Source: Selaginella moellendorffii
Taxonomy: Eukaryota; Plantae; Lycopodiophyta
Direction of reading: 5' to 3'
DNA length: 64,000 nucleotides
NCBI RefSeq assembly: GCF_000143415.4
Contig: NW_003314264.1
Location: 4,019,229 to 4,083,228, forward strand
In this document: piece by piece, positions 61,370-64,000 of the stretch
How the letters are laid out: every line of letters starts with the position of its first letter
Position numbering within the stretch: position 1 is the stretch's first letter
The notes under the pieces: model-generated
What the model saw: only the letters and a program-made list of their open reading frames with translations
Told to the model about the DNA's origin: nothing
Databases searched by the model: none
Position numbers and translations under genes: made by a program

Positions 61370-62117
61370 AGTTAGCGTTTAGGGGTTAAACTCGGTGATG
61401 ATCCAGCTGAAGCATACACGTAGAGAAAAGAAGAGATAAAAGAGAAAACTAACAAGATCATGGCACTTCATAGATATGGCTCTGGATTTAACAACATGAC
61501 AGACGTGACAGCAATCGACTTAAAGTCTTAAATCCTCAGGCTGGATTATAGTCTTGCTAGAGAGGTGGACCTTTGGCCAGAGTTACCGAGTTGCTTCAGG
61601 TAAGGTTTTTTCTTGTCTAAACGTTCTTGAATCAAAATTAATGCAACAGGGAAGTGATGAAAGAGTACCACGACCAGGTTTCAGCCTTTGGACACTGCTT
61701 GCTAGATAATGTTTCCAAGAGCCTTGGCTTGGAGAATAAGTTAATGGGTGCGAAGATCATATAAACTACTATCTTCCATACCACACAGCAGAGCTCGTTA
61801 ATTAGAGGTAAATTTCCTTTTTTCTCAATACCATTGCCAAAGATCTAAGTTTCCAGATAATGACGAATGCAAAATACAAGAGCGCCGAGCACCGAGTTCG
61901 AGCACACTTTGATAAGTCGCGATTGTCCGTGGTTGCGTTTTTTGGGCCTGGAATGGACACAGTGGTCGGCCCCCTGCCAGAGATGGTAACCGAAGAAAAT
62001 CCTCCTCTATACAGAGAATGCGTCACCAGGGACTATATCACCCAGTTCTATTCCAAGCCGCTCGATGGCAAGAGGTGCTTGGACTATGTTAAAGTAGATC
62101 ATGGCGCTGAAGTTTGA
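61370..62117 (+). pseudogene. 2OG-Fe(II) dioxygenase fragment (degenerate)
   Basis: EVMKEY, TNAKYKSAEHRV, RLSVVAFFGP, PPLYRE; the HxD region is missing or disrupted. Confidence 0.7.
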
Positions 62118-62534
62118 GAAGAACAATGCATGAACATATAATAATTTGTCTTCTCTGAAGTTGGAGTTTGTGTAAGAAAACTAAAGACCTTGCTCTACAT
62201 GCATATAATAATACATGGTTTTGGGGTTTTTTAGCGCCCATGTAAAGGCACATGACCTCTTGGATGAAACAAGAGGGATCATCTCTAATAATCTACCTCC
62301 TACACTACCTCTTTACCCACCTCTTACATATTGTTCTAAAACATTTGGTGGTGAATTGCTATGTGAACGATGCCATATTTTGCGATGTACAGGTTTAAAA
62401 GTGGAAGTGTGCTTCAATCGTGCTTTTCTGGTGAAACTTTTCTCCATAAAAGCCACCCCAGCTCTCGCGAAGTTCCCGGCGGCGGCACTCCTTTCGAAGA
62501 AGTAAACAATGCGAAGTCCATCTTATGTATGTAA

Positions 62535-62615
62535 GTCAGGATGGCCGAGCTGGTCTAAGGCGCTAGTTTCAGGTACTAGTCCGCAAGGGCATGGGTTCGA
62601 ATCCCATTCCTGACA
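62535..62615 (+). tRNA. tRNA-Leu(CAG)
   Basis: GTCAGGATGGCCGAGCTGGTCTAAGGCGCTAGTTTCAGGTACTAGTCCGCAAGGGCATGGGTTCGAATCCCATTCCTGACA, long variable arm. Confidence 0.96.
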
Positions 62616-62867
62616 GTATACATTTTACAAGCTCAAACTAGCCTCTGGAACTTAGGCTTGAACTTGAACCTAGATTCCGCCAAAAAACTTCGGTTTAAGA
62701 ATAATCATTGTTGATAATTCATGGAGAAGTCTTGAGCTTCCATGCACCCTCGTCTTTGGCGAGAATCAACGAGTTCCACGAAAATGCTCTCTTCTGTTTA
62801 TTTATTTATTGTGACGCCACTTTCGCGACTCCCTCTTAAACACATCCTCAATTTTTTTCACTACGGT

Positions 62868-63960
62868 ATGGGAGAAGAGAATCATCTCCAAGATCTTAAA
62901 GAAGGATGTGCAAGATAGATTTCAAGAAAGAACTTGCGAATCTTGATGAGTCTCAAGTTCCTATAGTTGATTTCTCTTATATAGAAGATGCTATAGCTTC
63001 AGCTTGCCAGGATTCAGGAATGGGGATTTTTCCAGGTGGGGAAATGGTTATTCGTTTTATCTCTTCGTGCTCAGGCAATAAATCACGGGGTTCCAATTGC
63101 TAGTATGCAAAATGTCCTCGATTTAGCCAAAGAGATTTTCAATCAGACATCAGAGGAGTACAATTTCCTGGGGGATAAACTCAGTGATAATGATCCATCT
63201 AAAGCATACAGGTAGAGAAAAGAAAAGATAAAAGATAAAACTAACAAGATCATGGCTTTGCAATAGATATGGACAGCAGGAGAGACATGAAAGCAATCGA
63301 CTTAAAGTATTACCTCATGCTGGACTATGGTCTTGCTCGAGAGGTGGACCTTTGGCCAGAGTCACGGAGGTAAAGTTTTTTCTGGACTAAACGTTCTTGA
63401 AGGGAAGTGATGAAAGAGTACCACGACCAGGTTTCAGCCTTTGGACACTGCTTGCTTGATATTATCTCCAAAGGCCTTGGCTTGGAGAATATTTACGATT
63501 TTACCAAGTTAATGGGCGAGAAGTTAATTCATGTGCGTCATGAATTACTGCCTTCCATACCACAAACCCGAGCTCGTCAAGGGCACCTCGGCCCGTGCCA
63601 TGAGCATCCTCCTCCAAGACGACGGGGGGATTGGAAGTTTGCAAAGATGGTCGCTGGTTTGCGGTAAAGCCAGTGAAAGACGCCTTTGTTGTCAACATTG
63701 CTGATCAATTACAGGTAGGTTTCGTTCTTTTTCTCCCAATAACATTGCTAAGCGAATGCAAAGTATAAGAGCGCCGAGCACCGAGTCCGAGCACACCCAG
63801 AGAAGTCGCGACTCGTGGTGGTTTTCTTTAGTGGTTGGTCCCCTGCCCGAGATGGTAAGCGAGGAAAATCCTCCTCTCTACAGGGAATGCATCACCAAAG
63901 ACTATTTGACCTAGCTCTATGCAAAACTAAAGCGAACATATAACAATTTGTCTTCAAAGA
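62868..63960 (+). pseudogene. Second degenerate 2OG-Fe(II) dioxygenase copy
   Basis: VPIVDFS, ACQD..GIF, EVMKEY, WFAVKPVKDAFVVNIADQLQ, KYKSAEHRV with frameshifts; nucleotide similarity to 61370-62190. Confidence 0.7.
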
Positions 63961-64000
63961 AGTTGGAAGTTTGTGTAGGAAGACTGTTTGCACGGCATTG

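Overview
Gene-dense eukaryotic land-plant nuclear DNA. The very short (~50-60 nt) introns, tiny intergenic spaces, telo-box/site II promoters and PLS/SS-type PPR genes point to a lycophyte, most likely Selaginella moellendorffii (inference). The window holds about 30 protein-coding genes, among them NTMC2T5, CDC26, ISU1, NAL1-like, WSD1, NUDX23, an hnRNP A/B-like gene, a legumin-like bicupin, SPT4, RAD52-like, GDSL lipase, RBP45/47, EBP1, BCCP, Mpv17, a subgroup-21 R2R3-MYB, BORCS6-like, LSD1/LOL1, YKT6, PP2A-A, a subtilase, two PPRs, PRH/HAT3.1, SKIP, BADC, an LRR-III RLK and COX17. It also has four tRNAs and several tandem-duplication pseudogenes. Signals not visible in the ORF track: (1) a complete U4atac minor-spliceosome snRNA gene squeezed between COX17 and a PPR gene, and a U12-type intron in the BORCS6-like gene; (2) a stand-alone CDC26 uncoupled from TTM3; (3) a [CDC26-ISU1-NAL1] segmental duplication resolved by reciprocal gene loss; (4) a poison cassette exon in the RBP45/47 gene; (5) a small protein carrying only the PDCD4/SERBP1-type ribosome-binding motif; (6) an HHCC + WRKY/GCM1-fold, possibly transposon-derived single-exon gene; (7) a subtilase lacking the PA domain; (8) a probable spliced, ORF-less transcript upstream of the MYB gene. 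Exon boundaries and family assignments were read by eye or recalled from memory, not computed.
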